Origin: Geosiphon pyriformis uo1
Taxonomy: Eukaryota > Fungi > Glomeromycota
DNA length: 64,000 nucleotides
NCBI GenBank assembly: GCA_016748015.1
Contig: JAAOMT010000254.1
Span: 124,001 to 188,000, forward strand
Direction of reading: 5' to 3'
Below are positions 14,001 through 27,123 of the stretch, in pieces. Both the position numbers and the translations under genes were made by a program. Each line of letters starts with the position of its first letter. The first letter of the stretch is position 1. The notes under the pieces are model-generated. The model searched no databases, was not told the origin of the DNA, and saw only the letters and a program-made list of their open reading frames with translations.

Positions 14001-14059
14001 ATTTTTTAAAAATGTAAAAATTTCAAATTAGATTTTCATTATCTATTCTGTTTAAATAC

Positions 14060-14770
14060 TGGAAACTTTATAGCAATAGATAAATTAGGAAATTATTACT
14101 TTCATGGCAAAGATATTAATTAGAACACAGGTCAAGCTGTCAAATTATATCAAAAGACAAGTAATGCAGAAAATTCTGCTACAATGAACAATTTAGATTA
14201 TTGCTATTAGTATGACAAAAGTATTAATTAGAACAAAAGTCAAGGAGTTGAATTATATTAAAAGACTATTGATACAAAGAATTCTGAAGCAATAACTTGA
14301 TTAGGTCATTGCTATCAATATGGTAAAGATGTCAATCAAGACACAAATCAAGCTGTCAAATTGTATCAAAAGGCAAGTGATACAGAAAATTCTGAAGCAA
14401 TGACTTAATTAGGACATTGCTACTTTAATGGCAAATGCATCAATCAGAACATGGATCAAGCTGTCAAATTGTATTGAAAGATGGCTGATATGGAAGATTC
14501 TGGGACAATAAATTAGATAGATTATTACTACTTTAATGGCAAATGCGTTGATCAGAACATGAGTAAAGTGGTCAAATTTTTTTGAATCATAGTTGATGCA
14601 GGAAATTTTGGTGCAATGAATTGGTTAAGTTATTGCTATGAGTATGACAAAGGTGTTGATAGGACAAGAGTGAAAGGGTCAAATTATATCAAAAAGCAGT
14701 TGATGCAGAAAGTTTTACTGCAATGTACAATTTAGATTGTTGCTATGAGTGTAATGATGTTGATCAGAAT
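14060..14770 (+). pseudogene. SEL1-like repeat protein remnant (~6 repeats of 36 aa)
   Basis: 108-bp periodicity translating as A...LGHCYQYGKDVNQDTNQAVKLYQKASDTENSEA, with stops. Confidence 0.85.
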
Positions 14771-14806
14771 AAGAGGAAATTCCATATGTTATTGTTTACC
14801 TAAATC

Positions 14807-15340
14807 CTAAAACTCAATTTGTTGGTCAAAACTCCACTTGATCTGACCAAACAAGCTTTCAAGTTGACTACACAAAAGGTTTTTATTCAATATTGCCTCA
14901 CTAATGGGCAAGGAAAGAGGAAAGCACAAACTTAATAATACTTCAACTTTACTATTATCATTGATCCTGCTTGAAACCACTTTGATAATTACCCAATCAC
15001 TCACAGTGATTATTCCAAACATCTTAATTTCTTATAAGGCTATGTTATAGAAATGTTTTTTATTGTGTTGTATGGATGCTTTGAAGTTAAATCATACATT
15101 GGCCCATACCTTGATTGATATCTTCCATTTTATCTCTGTAATTACAATTATCATATTATGTATCTTGATTGCCCAATCAACTGGCTCTTTTCCATAGCTT
15201 CCAGATATTTTATATTGTGAACAAACTTTGACTTAGCCATTGAATACCAATACAACACTATAGATAACTGATGAAATGAATTTGCAATATGTTGCCTTAT
15301 TGGTATTGAGAATAGATTGTGATGCTTTATGTTTCATCAT
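14807..15340 (-). pseudogene. Crinkler-type PD-(D/E)xK (REase-like) domain remnant
   Basis: Reads approx. KATYCKFISSVI..ISGSYGKEPVDWAI..IVITE..EDINQGMGQCMI.L..MFGIIT..DWVII, resembling REase domains expanded in AM fungi. Frameshifted. Confidence 0.6.
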
Positions 15341-15826
15341 TATGTTTTTAATTAATAAACTCGTGAAGCATATCAGTAAGTGTTTTTAGAGTAGAAAAAT
15401 AAATTGTCAACTACTTTTATTAGCTGTGATGTTTACATAATTGATATAAACATTACTGTATTTGAAGGACTTGACAATATAACATTGTGTTATCTTCTAT
15501 GTAATTATGTAAGTATGTGGAGGATCAAATTGACAGCCTTTATTATTGATTATTAGTTGGAAATAAGAGGCAAAAAGTGTTACAAATGCATTATTTAAAT
15601 TAGGTTTCTTTTTACCAAGAATCTGTCATTTGCACTTAAAATCCTATAGTTGAATTAAAACCTTCATTTTTATAATTTGGCTGCTTTTTATAATTTGAGG
15701 CACCTCATATAACATGAAACACCTTACATGTCTGATTAGATATAAGGCAAAATAATGTTTGAGACATAACAGATACATCAATGCATTATAAAAGCAAAAT
15801 ACAATAAAAAATGTGTTCTTATTAAC

Positions 15827-17384
15827 ATGCTAAAAAATGCGAACCAAAAGTGAGCAGCAATCTTCTTAGAGACTAAAAAGGCTCTCTGCCAGTATAAACT
15901 AAAGCATCCTGACTACTTAGCAAATAGACTTATCAAAATATTCAATCTAAAAGTTGACCACTCCACTGTAACAAAGATACTTATAAAATCAGACTGATAG
16001 ATTGAAAAGAATGTATCTGACAACTCTGGTCAATTGACAAAGGACAAAAAAGAGATGTTTATAAAGATAAATGATGTATTAGAAGAATGGATGCTTAGAA
16101 CACTAGCTATCAACTGCATTCTTACTGGAAAATTTTTACAAACAAAAGCCCTCAAGTTTGCTGAAAAGTTTCTGGAAGAAAATAACTTTAAAGCATCAAA
16201 TGGTTGGTTAGAAAAGTTCAAGAAATATTATAATTTGCACCACATTAAAATGCATGGTGAAGCAAACAATGCCCTCTTGGAAATTTTACCAGAGGAATGA
16301 GAGAAACTACATAAGATTATCAGTAAATATAATCTAAATAATGTTTACAATGTCAATAAGACAGCATTATTTTTTAGAATGCCACCAAATACAACTTTGA
16401 CAACAAGATCTATCTCTGGTACCAAGCATAATAAGAGTTGAATTATCATACTTCTTGCTTGTAATGCAACAGACAACATCAAGTTGCAGTCTTTAATTAT
16501 TGGCAAAGCCACAAAGCCATAATGTTTTCACAATATTAATATAAATACACTTTTAATCACTTATCATTACAATACAAAAGCATAGATACAAACTGATATT
16601 TTTAATGAATGACTTAATTCATTAAATGAAGAAATATGTCACAAGAAAAAAAAGATTTGCTATTGCTTAATAATACTGGTCCCCATAGTAGAAAACCTTC
16701 TGTATTATCTAATATTATGATTAGATACCTACTATCCAATACAATATCTCATTTGCAATTATTAGATGCAGGAATTATTGCATTCTTTAAGACACAATAC
16801 TGAAAGTTGTTTTTTTTCTATCTTATTAATTAGTATAATGACAAGATTTCAATATTAACAATAACATTAAAGGATGCAGTTGATTTTCTAATTGATGCAT
16901 GGTCAGTAGTAACAACAACTACAATCCAAAACTGTTGGCATCATATGGGAATTCTGAATAATAGTCAAATATTAGTCCATCTATTAGATATGAACAAGAA
17001 CTCTTACAAGAAGTACAAGTTCTTATTGAGCACATTGATATTGACAAGCTATTGGCAATAGACTTCATTAATATTGACAAGTTTAAACCATTATTTACTT
17101 ATGTCTTAGAGAATGAAATTGTAAATCTTATTAACAACAAATATAGTGAAAATTCTAATGCAAATAAAAATTTAGAAAGTAAAAATAAAGATGAACCTTT
17201 GCTTTTACTATCTATACATCAAAATAAAACTGTACTTGAAGATACATTGCACTATTGTAAAGAACAGTATAATAAAAAAGTTGATTCAGACTTTTTTAAA
17301 ACTTTGAGAACATTAATTTGTAATACTGTTCTCAAAGTTCAAGAAGAGAAAAAACAGTTGCAAATAGATAGCTTTTTTAAATAA
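15827..17384 (+). pseudogene. pogo/Tigger transposase (CENP-B-type HTH + DDE_1), disrupted
   Basis: FKASNGWLEKFK, HGEA, VYNVNKTALF (N.DET), LACNAT, LLDAGII; several stops. Confidence 0.93.
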
Positions 17385-18239
17385 AATATATATAATTAAT
17401 TATTATATTATGCATGTAATATATAGATTATGTGATAAGATATTAATTATTTTTTATAGTCTCATCTTTCTATAATCACCACAAATGTGTTGACCAAAAA
17501 GTGTGATTATAAAGAGAGTTTACTGTATAGCTTTTTTACTCTTTGCTCTAATCATGATCATAAAATTAAAAAGATAAAGAGTTTTTTTATTTGTTTTATT
17601 GTAATATTATGCTTTAAATATTTGATATTTATTTTATTTTATAGCTTTATTTAATGTTTTTGTTATATTTTTACTTTATTTCTAACTTTTTAATATTTGT
17701 TTTTTTACTAAATAAAACTAAAACTTTTTTCATAATTTTGAACTTGCTTACTGAAATTTTTAATAATATTTTTTAAATAAAGCTTTTATTAAAAACAACT
17801 TTTTAATTTTAAACTCAATTTTTTTAATAACTTAACTATTTTTAAGTTAAATAAATTTTTAAAATAATATTAATATATTTTACATTTTTAATAAGATTGT
17901 TAAATTTTTAATTTAAAGTTTCTTTTTTATTTGCTAATTATTTTTTTAACTTTTTGTTTTTTTTTAATAATTTTTAATTTTTTTGTTTAAGTTCTAATAT
18001 TATTATATTTGTTATATTTTTTATTTTATTTTTGTTTATTTTTTTAACATATTTAAAATATATTTTTTATAAAACTATATTAAATATATAATTATTTTAA
18101 TATTTTTTTTATTTAAGCTTTAAAATTTAAAACAAAAAAAGCTATTAATATTTATATATAATAAACTATAAAAACTTCTTTTTTTTCTATGTCTTAAATT
18201 TACAAAAGAGTATATATTTTTTGAAAAAAAGTTTTTAAT

Positions 18240-19839
18240 CATTTAGTATGATAAACCCAAATTATTTTTACTTAATTATAAGGTTATTATTGGTTCTAAT
18301 ATTGCTATTTTAAAAAATTTTGTTAAGAATTCTTATTCAATTATGAATACCAAATCTGTCTTATCAAAAAAAAAAGAATGGTGTTTTAGAAGATATTGTT
18401 AATGTTAAAAATGTTTTTACTAAAAAATTAAGTGGTTGTTCTTAGTACTTAGATACTAGTAACACTACTGAATCTAATAGTATTAACATAAAAGAAAAGT
18501 ATTTGATTAAAAAGACTAGTATTAACTATGAAGAGAAAAATACTTTTGATAAAAAAAATGTTAACTAAACTCTAAAAGGCTCATGAATTAAAACCAAGAA
18601 AACTTTAGAAAAACTATTAAGAAAAATCAATTTTTTAAATAATGATAATAATAATAATAATAATAATATTTTATTAGATGTTTTACTGGCTTTTTTTTTT
18701 CCATTAAAGAATTTGGTTAATGTTTTTGTTAAGAAGTCATTTATTTTGAATATTGGCTTAAATAAGATAGTTGGGAAGTCTTCTTAAGAAAAGCTGGTGG
18801 TAATTAAGAAAATGTTTTCAAAAATCAATGGTTTTGAGAAAATTTTTAACCCCTTAAAATTTGTTGAAATCATTAAAGCAATCTTTATTTCTGAATTTAG
18901 CTTAATACAGACAACTAATTTGGCAAAGACCAAAGATGTTTCTGTGAATATTAATCTCAAGAAATCTACTGAGTGTTTAGATTAAGCTGTAGTAATAAAA
19001 AAAATTTCAATTAAAACATTAGCTAAGACTATATGTACTGTGCTATTTAAGTTTGGATTAATTAAGTTGATCAAGATACAATTGATAAGAATGTAACAGA
19101 AGACTGTAATAGAATTTGACTAAATTGAATATACTAATTTGTTCACAGTAAAATAATCTATTCTGATCAGAAAGAATGTTATGTATATAGCAAAGGCTAA
19201 TAAAGACAAAAATTTATGAGATACAAGAGACTGTAATAAGGCATTGTTCTATATATTACCAATAAAAACAAATGCTCACAACATTTGGAATTTTATTGGA
19301 TTAGTTGGTAAAAAAACATGTATTATTAATTAATATTTAATTATATATGCCCAATTCAAATGTGCTGTTGTTTGTTTTAATTCTGTTGAGTTACTTAATG
19401 CTATTATAGAAATCATATTAGTACTAAGAAATGTCAATTTGCACTGGTTTTGTCTGAATTCTGCCAAGTATGAGAATATAAATCATATGTTATTGGTCTG
19501 TTTTGTAGATGAAAATCTTTTTTGGTGGTTTTCTTCACAAAATATTGTTAAACACAAATAAAAACAGATTGACAAATATCTATGTCAAACATTCAGCTTC
19601 TATTACTTGTTCAATTACTTTTGGCAATGTCTTTTGAACAAAAATTGTTAGTGAATTTTTTTCTCTTTTTTCTATACATAATAGTTTATCAAATTCTGGC
19701 TTTTCTTTAGAAGTAAAACATATTCTGTCAGTTTCAGATAAATTGAATAGTAAATTTGCTGCTCTTAAACACAGTTTTATCAGTCTTGTGAAGCAAGTTG
19801 GTAAGCTGGCTAAGAAGTTGAATACACTTAGGCCAAAGA
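18240..19839 (+). pseudogene. Decayed LINE-like ORF1 (same type as 7915-9800)
   Basis: KSFILNIGL...KKMFSKINGFE..PLKFVEIIKAIFISE parallels 9024-9380. Truncated by the family C LTR. Confidence 0.65.
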
Positions 19840-22800
19840 TATTACAGGTAATTATTTAAGATATTGGTATAAATAACAAATCCATAACTTGGTACTCAAT
19901 AGCTAATGATGTTTATAATTTCTAAAAATTTTAAAGTTTGAAGATTTTGGTTGAATCTTTTATATAATAAACAGAAATTCAATTGATAGTTTTTTTTGTG
20001 AATTTCTTTCTTTAATATAGTAATTAGTTTATTCTGGCAGTTATGTCTTTCTGGTAAGCTATCCTTAAATTTTTATTCTTATTTCAGGTTTTTTACCAAG
20101 CTATTCTTGATGTAATAAACAACAAAGAAACAAAACAAAAAAAAATAAAATAAAATAAGAAATTAGTATTCTATTAATTATTATGATTAAGAGCTATTGG
20201 TTCAATGTGGTTAAGTATTGAATTCTATTAACATAAAGTATTAATAGTATAGAAGTAATTAATATTTTTAATCAAATAACAATAATATAAATTGGATAAT
20301 AAATAGATATTTTATTAATATTGATATATTTCTACTTTAAGTTATAAAAAACTATCTTTTGAAAGAAGAGTATTGGAATTCTGAACTCTATTAAATTCTA
20401 AATACTTTTTCTGCTTTTAACACTTTTACTATATATATATAATTTGTGTTATATGAGATTCTTAAAAATCCTGTAATTCTCTAAAAAAAATTTAGCAATT
20501 CTGTAATTTTTAATTTTTATAAATAATATTATTTTCTCTTTTTAATATTAAGTTTTGTTAAGAATTTTTAAATCTCTCTTTTGAATTAGCTTTATAACTT
20601 TTTTTTGAGAATTATTTAGACAATATTGGTTTGTAATTTTTCAAATTGGATATTAGTAATTTTTCCCAATTGGTTAATAGTTATCATGTCTATTATTGAG
20701 TATAACAGTATTTTTAAACAGTCTTGAAATCTTGTTTATAACTGGTATATTATTCATGTCTGTGTAAATAGATTGTTCTTTTCCACAAATTGTTTAAGTT
20801 ATTGTAATATTATACATCTGTTTTGTTTTATCTGTATATAAAGTTTTGAATATTAAGCTTTTGTCTCAAATAATAATAATAAAAGTTTCTTAGAAATTGC
20901 TATGTTTACTATTTTCAATTTTTTTTTGTTAACTTCTTATATAGTACTATTGTCTTTGGTGTTTTTATAAATATTTTTACTTTTGCTATTATATTCTTTA
21001 CTATATTTTTATATCTTCTATATATCTTATATTGTATTTTATATTGGGATTTCTATTTTCTTTCTGTATATTGAATAGTTTATTGATTGATTGTGATTTT
21101 TATGTTCAGTTTTTAATGTTTGATTAGTTGGAATAGTTGTTGTATTAGTAAATGAATGTTATTAATAATTTTCATCTTTTTATTTGTTTTTATTATATAT
21201 ATTAAGTCTTTATATATTGTTTTTGTTAATTATTTTAACATGTTTGTGTTAATAATTATAATTGGTTCTAGATCTTGTGAAATCTTATCTGGTTGAATTA
21301 ATATTTATTATACTCTTAATTGTGAAATATTATTGGTAAATGATAATGCTATATTGTAATATAATTTCAGTTAATTTTTATGTGCTGTTTTAGCTAAAAT
21401 TTTGTTGTTTTATCTTAATTTATAAGCTTTATTTCTTAGAATTTCTTTAATGTAAATAGTTTGTTCTATTTGGAGTTAAATTTTCTACTTTATTGTTTTT
21501 CTACTTTGATATGATATAAAAGTACTTTGTTTTTAATCTTAAATTTAACTGATTTATTTAGTAATTAATTATTATGTTGTTTTTTTTGTTTTGCTTGTAA
21601 CTTTTGTATTTTATCAGCTGTTTTTTGTCTTTTGTTTTTTAAAGTTTTCATTAAATTATATGTTCTTTTTAGTAATGTTTTTTGAAAGTTGGCTTCTGTT
21701 ATTGATTCTGTTGAATATGTATTGATATCTATCTCAACTGGTAATATTGCTGTTCTATTATAAACAAGTTTAAATAGTGTTGCTTGTGTGGTATTTTGCT
21801 TTATTGTCTAATAAGTAAATAATACTAATAGTATAAACAAATCTTATTTGTCCTGGTTTTTTTGGCTGATCTTAGTTATTACTTTACACAATATTATGTT
21901 AAACTTTTTAACTAAGTCATTTGTTTGTGAATAATATAATGATAATAATGATTTCTTAATTCCAAATTTTTAACTTAATTTTGTTAATATTCTGTTTACA
22001 AAGTGAGTTTTTTGGTCTAATAATAATTTTTTTGGACATTTATGTTAACAAATCAAATTTTGGTAAACAAATTTGGCTATGAATTCTGCATCTGTTTTTT
22101 AAATTGCTTTTGCTTTTGGCTATTTTGTAAAATAGTCCATAACTATTGCTATATATTAATTACTATTGCTATATATTAATTGCTTTAACTAAGTCAATTC
22201 TAATTTGATCAAATAATTGTCTTACTTTGATTGATCTTAACAGTTTACTAGTTTTGTTTCTTTTTTTTTTTGACAAGTATTATAATTTTAAATATATTAA
22301 ATGATATTTGAATATATAAATAACCAATAGTATCTTTTTCTGGTTTTTTTCATGATTATTTTTTTATAAAAATGTTTTGTTGTCAGATCTAAGTACATGT
22401 TAAACAATATTGTTTCTTTCTTTGGTTTTGTAATTATTTTAACTGGCTAATCTGAATATTTTCTGTTTTTTTAATATGGTATATTTTGGTAAATAATAAA
22501 ATATTTTGATTGTTATTTTATGTTGTTTTGTTTGTTTTAAGATAATTTTTCCTTAAACTGTTAAGTATTAATATAATATTAAAATTGTTAATATTTTTGT
22601 GTATTCATTTTTTGTTATATTTTTGGGTTAAATATTTTAAATTTGTTTTATTCATGACAAGCTGTCAGCATTTTATTTTTTTTTCTTTTTATAATATATA
22701 GTATAATTAAATGATGATAGTTTTATTTTTCATTTTGTATGGCAATTATTTCCAAATTTTTGTTTTTGAATTGATGTTAATTCTTTGTAATTAATATATA

Positions 22801-23697
22801 CATTAAATTTTTGACTTAAATACTTCTTCTATTTAATAACAGCTTAATAAATAGCTAAATATTTCAATGCTGAAGTTTTATAATTTTTTTCAGTTGGACT
22901 TAAACTTTGGCTGGCATATGCTATTGAATGTTCTTATCCATTAGCTCTTTTTTGTGATAATACAACTTCTAATGCTTGATCAAATGCATTAGTAGTAATA
23001 ATAAATAATTTGTTATAATTAAAATAGATTAATATTGAAACTTAAATGAGCTTTCTTTTTAAAATATCAAAAGCTTTTTGTTAGTTTTCAGTCCATTTAT
23101 ATTTAATATTCTTGGCTTGAAGCTGGTAAAATGATTGAACCAGTTTAAAGAAGTTTTGGATGAAGCAACAATAGTATCTAGCAAATTCCAAAAATGCTCT
23201 TAATTTTGTAAAATTTGTTGGTGCTAAAAAGTTTTTAACTATTTCAATTTTGTCTGAATCTGTTTTTATGCCATCTTTGCTTACAACATGTTCCAAAAAC
23301 TTGAGTTCAGTTTTGCCAAAGAAGCATTTGGTTGCATTTAATTTCAATCCAGCTCTTCTTAATCTTTCAAATACTTGTTGGAGATAATAAAGATGATCAT
23401 CAAATGTTTCTAAAAACACATTGGTGTTATTTAAGTAAACTACTACTGATTTTCATAGTAATCCAGTGTATACACTTTCCATGAACTGTTGGAAAGTAGT
23501 TGGGGCATTGGTTAAGTCAAATGGCATAACATCAAATTTGAAATTCCCTTCTCTGGTAGTGAATACTGTCTTTTCCTTGTCAGTTGGATTCATGGCTACT
23601 TGCCAGTAACCACTATTTAAGTCCAATGTTGAAAACCATATCTTCTCTCTGAAAGCATCAAATAACTCCTGAATCCGTGAAGTCGGATAACTGTCAT
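19840..23697 (-). mobile_element. Ty3/Gypsy family C, 5'-truncated and heavily decayed (RT-RH, integrase, 3' ORF, 3' LTR ~19840-20527)
   Basis: RT WFSTLDLNSGYWQVAM and 23081-23419; RNase H ending ADSLS.IKQI*; integrase remnant ~21330-22608; purine tract next to the LTR. Confidence 0.85.
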
Positions 23698-24372
23698 AAT
23701 TAAAAATAAAACTCAGAAAATTATATCAATAATTAGTTTATTGAATCAAATATTTTTAAAAACTTTATTATTCTTATTTGAAGAATTGTATTGTTATTTT
23801 AGCCTATATTGTTTTTTTTACTGAACATTTTCAAATCTTTTTTGTGAAATGAAGATGTGTTTCGGAGAAAATACTCAGAAAAAGAAAGCAACATGCTATA
23901 AGGAAAGTCCAGATTGTGAAGATATACGCCTGGTAAAAAAAAGAAAGCAGTATTCCCCAGGCAACTCTTCCTGTTGTGCACCTTCTCCTGGGTCAGTATC
24001 CTCGGTGCCGTCAGTCTGTTCTGTGCACCCTTCCTTCAGTGGTCTTGTTCCGCCACTGGTTTTGTCGGTCTTCTTGGTCTCGCCGTTTTTCTCCTTTCAA
24101 AGAAAAAAACCTTTTTAAAAATGTAATGTAATAAGTTTTTAATAGCAGAGCAAAAGTAAAAAAAGTTTTTGAACACATACTAGTATTTACAAAATTGTAT
24201 AAATAAAAATCTTCGAGAATAATACATTTGGTGTAACGCTCATCAGTAGAAACTTGTGTTTTCTATTTTTCTATTCTTACAGGTATAATGAATAAACCTT
24301 TTTCGTCGAATTTTGGGCTTCAAGTATTTACCCTCTATTTATGTCTGTCCCAAGCATCTTATCCTTGCCAAA

Positions 24373-27123
24373 ATGTCAAAACGTCCACGAAGCGAGAGTG
24401 GAAAAGAGATCGAAGAGAGTATGAGAATTTTTTCTTACAAAAGAACACTTTGATCTTTTATTCGCCTGTTCGCTCAATTCTATGACATCTCCAAAGAATC
24501 AACTTCCTCAGAAAAGTTCGAGGATCTAGACAAATGGAAAAGGATTCGTTTTGACGAAAAAGATGAAACTCAAGGTATCACATATTTGTAAAACCTATCC
24601 ATTTTTTAATTTTGGTAAAAGCAGTTCTCAAAAGTAAATATTTAATTCATGCCTCTCTGACCCTTTTAGAGTTTGATGCGCTTTATGAAAACATCCTCGA
24701 GTTATTTTCTGAGGATTTCACTACACAACGCGCAAGGGTCCTCATTGATGCATTATTGAAAGCATCTTGTTGTGCTCGATGTATTCTTCGATTTTTGGGC
24801 CTCAAAAATTTTGATTGCTATTCCTGGACAGAGGAGGTAGCTGCTGCTTCGAAGTATTTGGCTCCTTCTGACTTGCTAATTGAACTGGTAGAAATTTCTC
24901 AACGTGGAAAAAGACTCTTCTCCAGGTCTTGAATCGCCTTCGTTCCGCTGCCTCTACTGAAGCGGAACCACCAGATCATCCTGCTACAGAAAAGCTCTCG
25001 CGTCAAAACAACGAAAAACCTGTGTGTGTTACTTGTCTCGATCTTTTATATCATGCGGATACGATGGCATGTGTGGGGCCTATTTTCGAAGCTATCAAAA
25101 ACCAGGGCCACCAAGCAAAAGATTTTACTATAATTGTTACTTTACCCATAAGTACCATTGTGAGGAATCATTCTGCTGCAGTTTGGGTAAAGTATAACTT
25201 AAGGTAGCTTTGAATCTATTTCACTGGATTTTTCAATATTTAAATATTTATACAATTTTTTTTTTGAATCAGACCAGGCCTTTTGCCTTACGAAGTGTCT
25301 TTAGTCATCGATATGGCTAAAATTTTCAGATACTTGTTGGGACAGGCTCTTGAAAAGATATCTGGCCTCAAGCATAATGTCAACAGCCATTTTAAAATAG
25401 AGGTTGAATATATTCATGTGAGCACGCAAAGTAATCATATCTTCCTGACCAAAATTCCGGAAGCGAATCTCAAATTTAAAAACACTCAACATAGAAGGGT
25501 AAGTAATTTGACTAAGATGAGATATTGTTTCACCACGATTCAGAGTGAATCTTTTCTCAATATGATGATTAGGACAGTTTATGAATAAATTTCATCCTCT
25601 GGCTAATACCATGATATCAAATATTGGTTTAGGGTTACCAACAATCACCAAGGCATTCACGACAAGAAATTTTTGAAGCTTTGAAAAAAGTGACGGATGA
25701 TAAATTTATGGAGTCTGTTGATTATCTTTTTTTTTTGGTCAAATCAGAGACTCCAAATTTTTCGCATATTTTAAAATGATTGAAAATTCACAGGCAATCC
25801 TGTCGCTTCAGAAGCATGATGTGTCCACCGGCCGAAATACAAGGCAAATGTGAAATTCAAACCCTCGTCGTAAAACATGATCCTCTATACTTGGGAGGTG
25901 AGTTCATGTTCATCACTCTTGACGTTTGTTAAATGATTACTCACCTCCAATTTACAAAATGAATAGGTCGTTATATAAAGCTTTCCAGGAATATTAGTCA
26001 GACTCCTTGGTTGATTGATAACGTGCGTCTAAAAGATACTTCTGTTTCGGAATGCATTGCCGAGACTATACGTCGACATTTTGTGTGTGATGGTATATTT
26101 GCTTTTTATTTCTTTACTTCTTTGCCTCTTTTACCATGGCCCCAATCCAGTATTCGACTCTGTATCTTATATATCAATTTACTCGATTATGAAAAATCTG
26201 ATAAAGGTTACACTTTCACGGCTGCGGGACGCGAAGATTTCGATGTGCGTATGTTGGGAAGTGGAAGGCCTTTTTATTTCGAAATAATTAACCCGCGAAA
26301 GCCTTCCATTTCTCCGGAAAATTTGAGCCTCATTGAGAAAGAAATCAATGAAGAATTTAGTAGCTTGGTTCAGGTTCGGGATTTATGCATAGTTAAACAG
26401 TGAGTACATTTACTTTCAACCCAACTTTTTTATGGATGTCAAAAAAGAATGAAAACATCATTATTTCCTAATAGGGAGCAACTTCAGATAATCAAGAAAG
26501 GCGAGGATCAAAAATCCAAAACTTATAGGTTTGTCGATCATTTATCATTTTTTTGATCTTTAAATAATAATTGCTAACTCTCAACAATAGCGCGCTTGTT
26601 TGGATTTCGCGTCCAGTCACTTCTGATATAATCCAGAAAATCAATGCTTTCAAAGAAACTGGACTTGTCCTGAATCAGGCCACTCCAGTGCGTGTACTAC
26701 AAAGGCGAGAAATTTTCATTGGATATATCTTATCGATTATTTGCTTTTTCCAGTACTTAATGTGTATTGGGTATACAGACGCGCCGATTTGGTGCGTCAA
26801 CGAGAAATATGGTCTATGGAGGCTGCTATGCTAGAAGGTAATTTTTTAACAATCAAAATGAAAACAGAAGCAGGAACGTATCCTTTTTATACCTCTAACT
26901 TTGCTAACCCCCTCTTAAGTTCCATAAATCATTTAATCCATAACTTGAGTTTTCAATTTTGAATGATTTTTGCAGCTATATTAAAGAGTTTATTCATGGA
27001 GATTTAGGGAAAACTCAACCCAGCTTACCTTCTTTATTAGATTGTACTGCTGATCTTTTGGAATTGGATGTTTTGGACGTGGACTTGGAATGGCCTCCAA
27101 TACAGAAGGGTCCCTCAGATTAA
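24373..27123 (+). CDS. PUS10: tRNA pseudouridine synthase Pus10 (multi-exon, ~11-12 short introns)
   Basis: ATG 24373. N-terminal Zn pairs CCARCILRF and CVTCLDLL; GGRYIKLSREYSQTPW; catalytic AGREDFDVRMLGSGRPF; QATPVRVLQRR; TEAGTYIKEFIHGDLGKTQPSL; LDVLDVDLEWPP; stop TAA 27121-27123. Introns restore the frame (e.g. 24419-24496, 24575-24669). Confidence 0.95.

Larger units (their letters stand above)
12371..15747. mobile_element. Inverted-repeat-bounded cargo unit inside the pogo 5' region
   Basis: Left ctcatatttaattagacatgtaaggt..ctcaaattataaaa matches the reverse complement of 15685-15747. No TSD recognised. Confidence 0.55.
12163..17525 (+). mobile_element. pogo/Tigger (Tc1-mariner superfamily) DNA transposon with internal insertions
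   Basis: Imperfect TIRs CAGTGAATTTTCTCTATAG / CAGTAAACTCTCTTTATAA, TA duplication (12161-62, 17526-27) and subterminal CTCTTTATAGTCAC repeats. The flanking ORF rejoins in frame. Confidence 0.88.

Noticed and set aside
23849-24118. 89-aa ORF upstream of PUS10 as a gene
   Set aside because: No recognisable motifs or splice support; may be a repeat-derived fragment.
24288-24485. 65-aa ORF, or the ATG at 24482, as the PUS10 start
   Set aside because: The ATG at 24482 hits a stop after 15 codons. ATG 24373 plus intron 24419-24496 gives a continuous frame.
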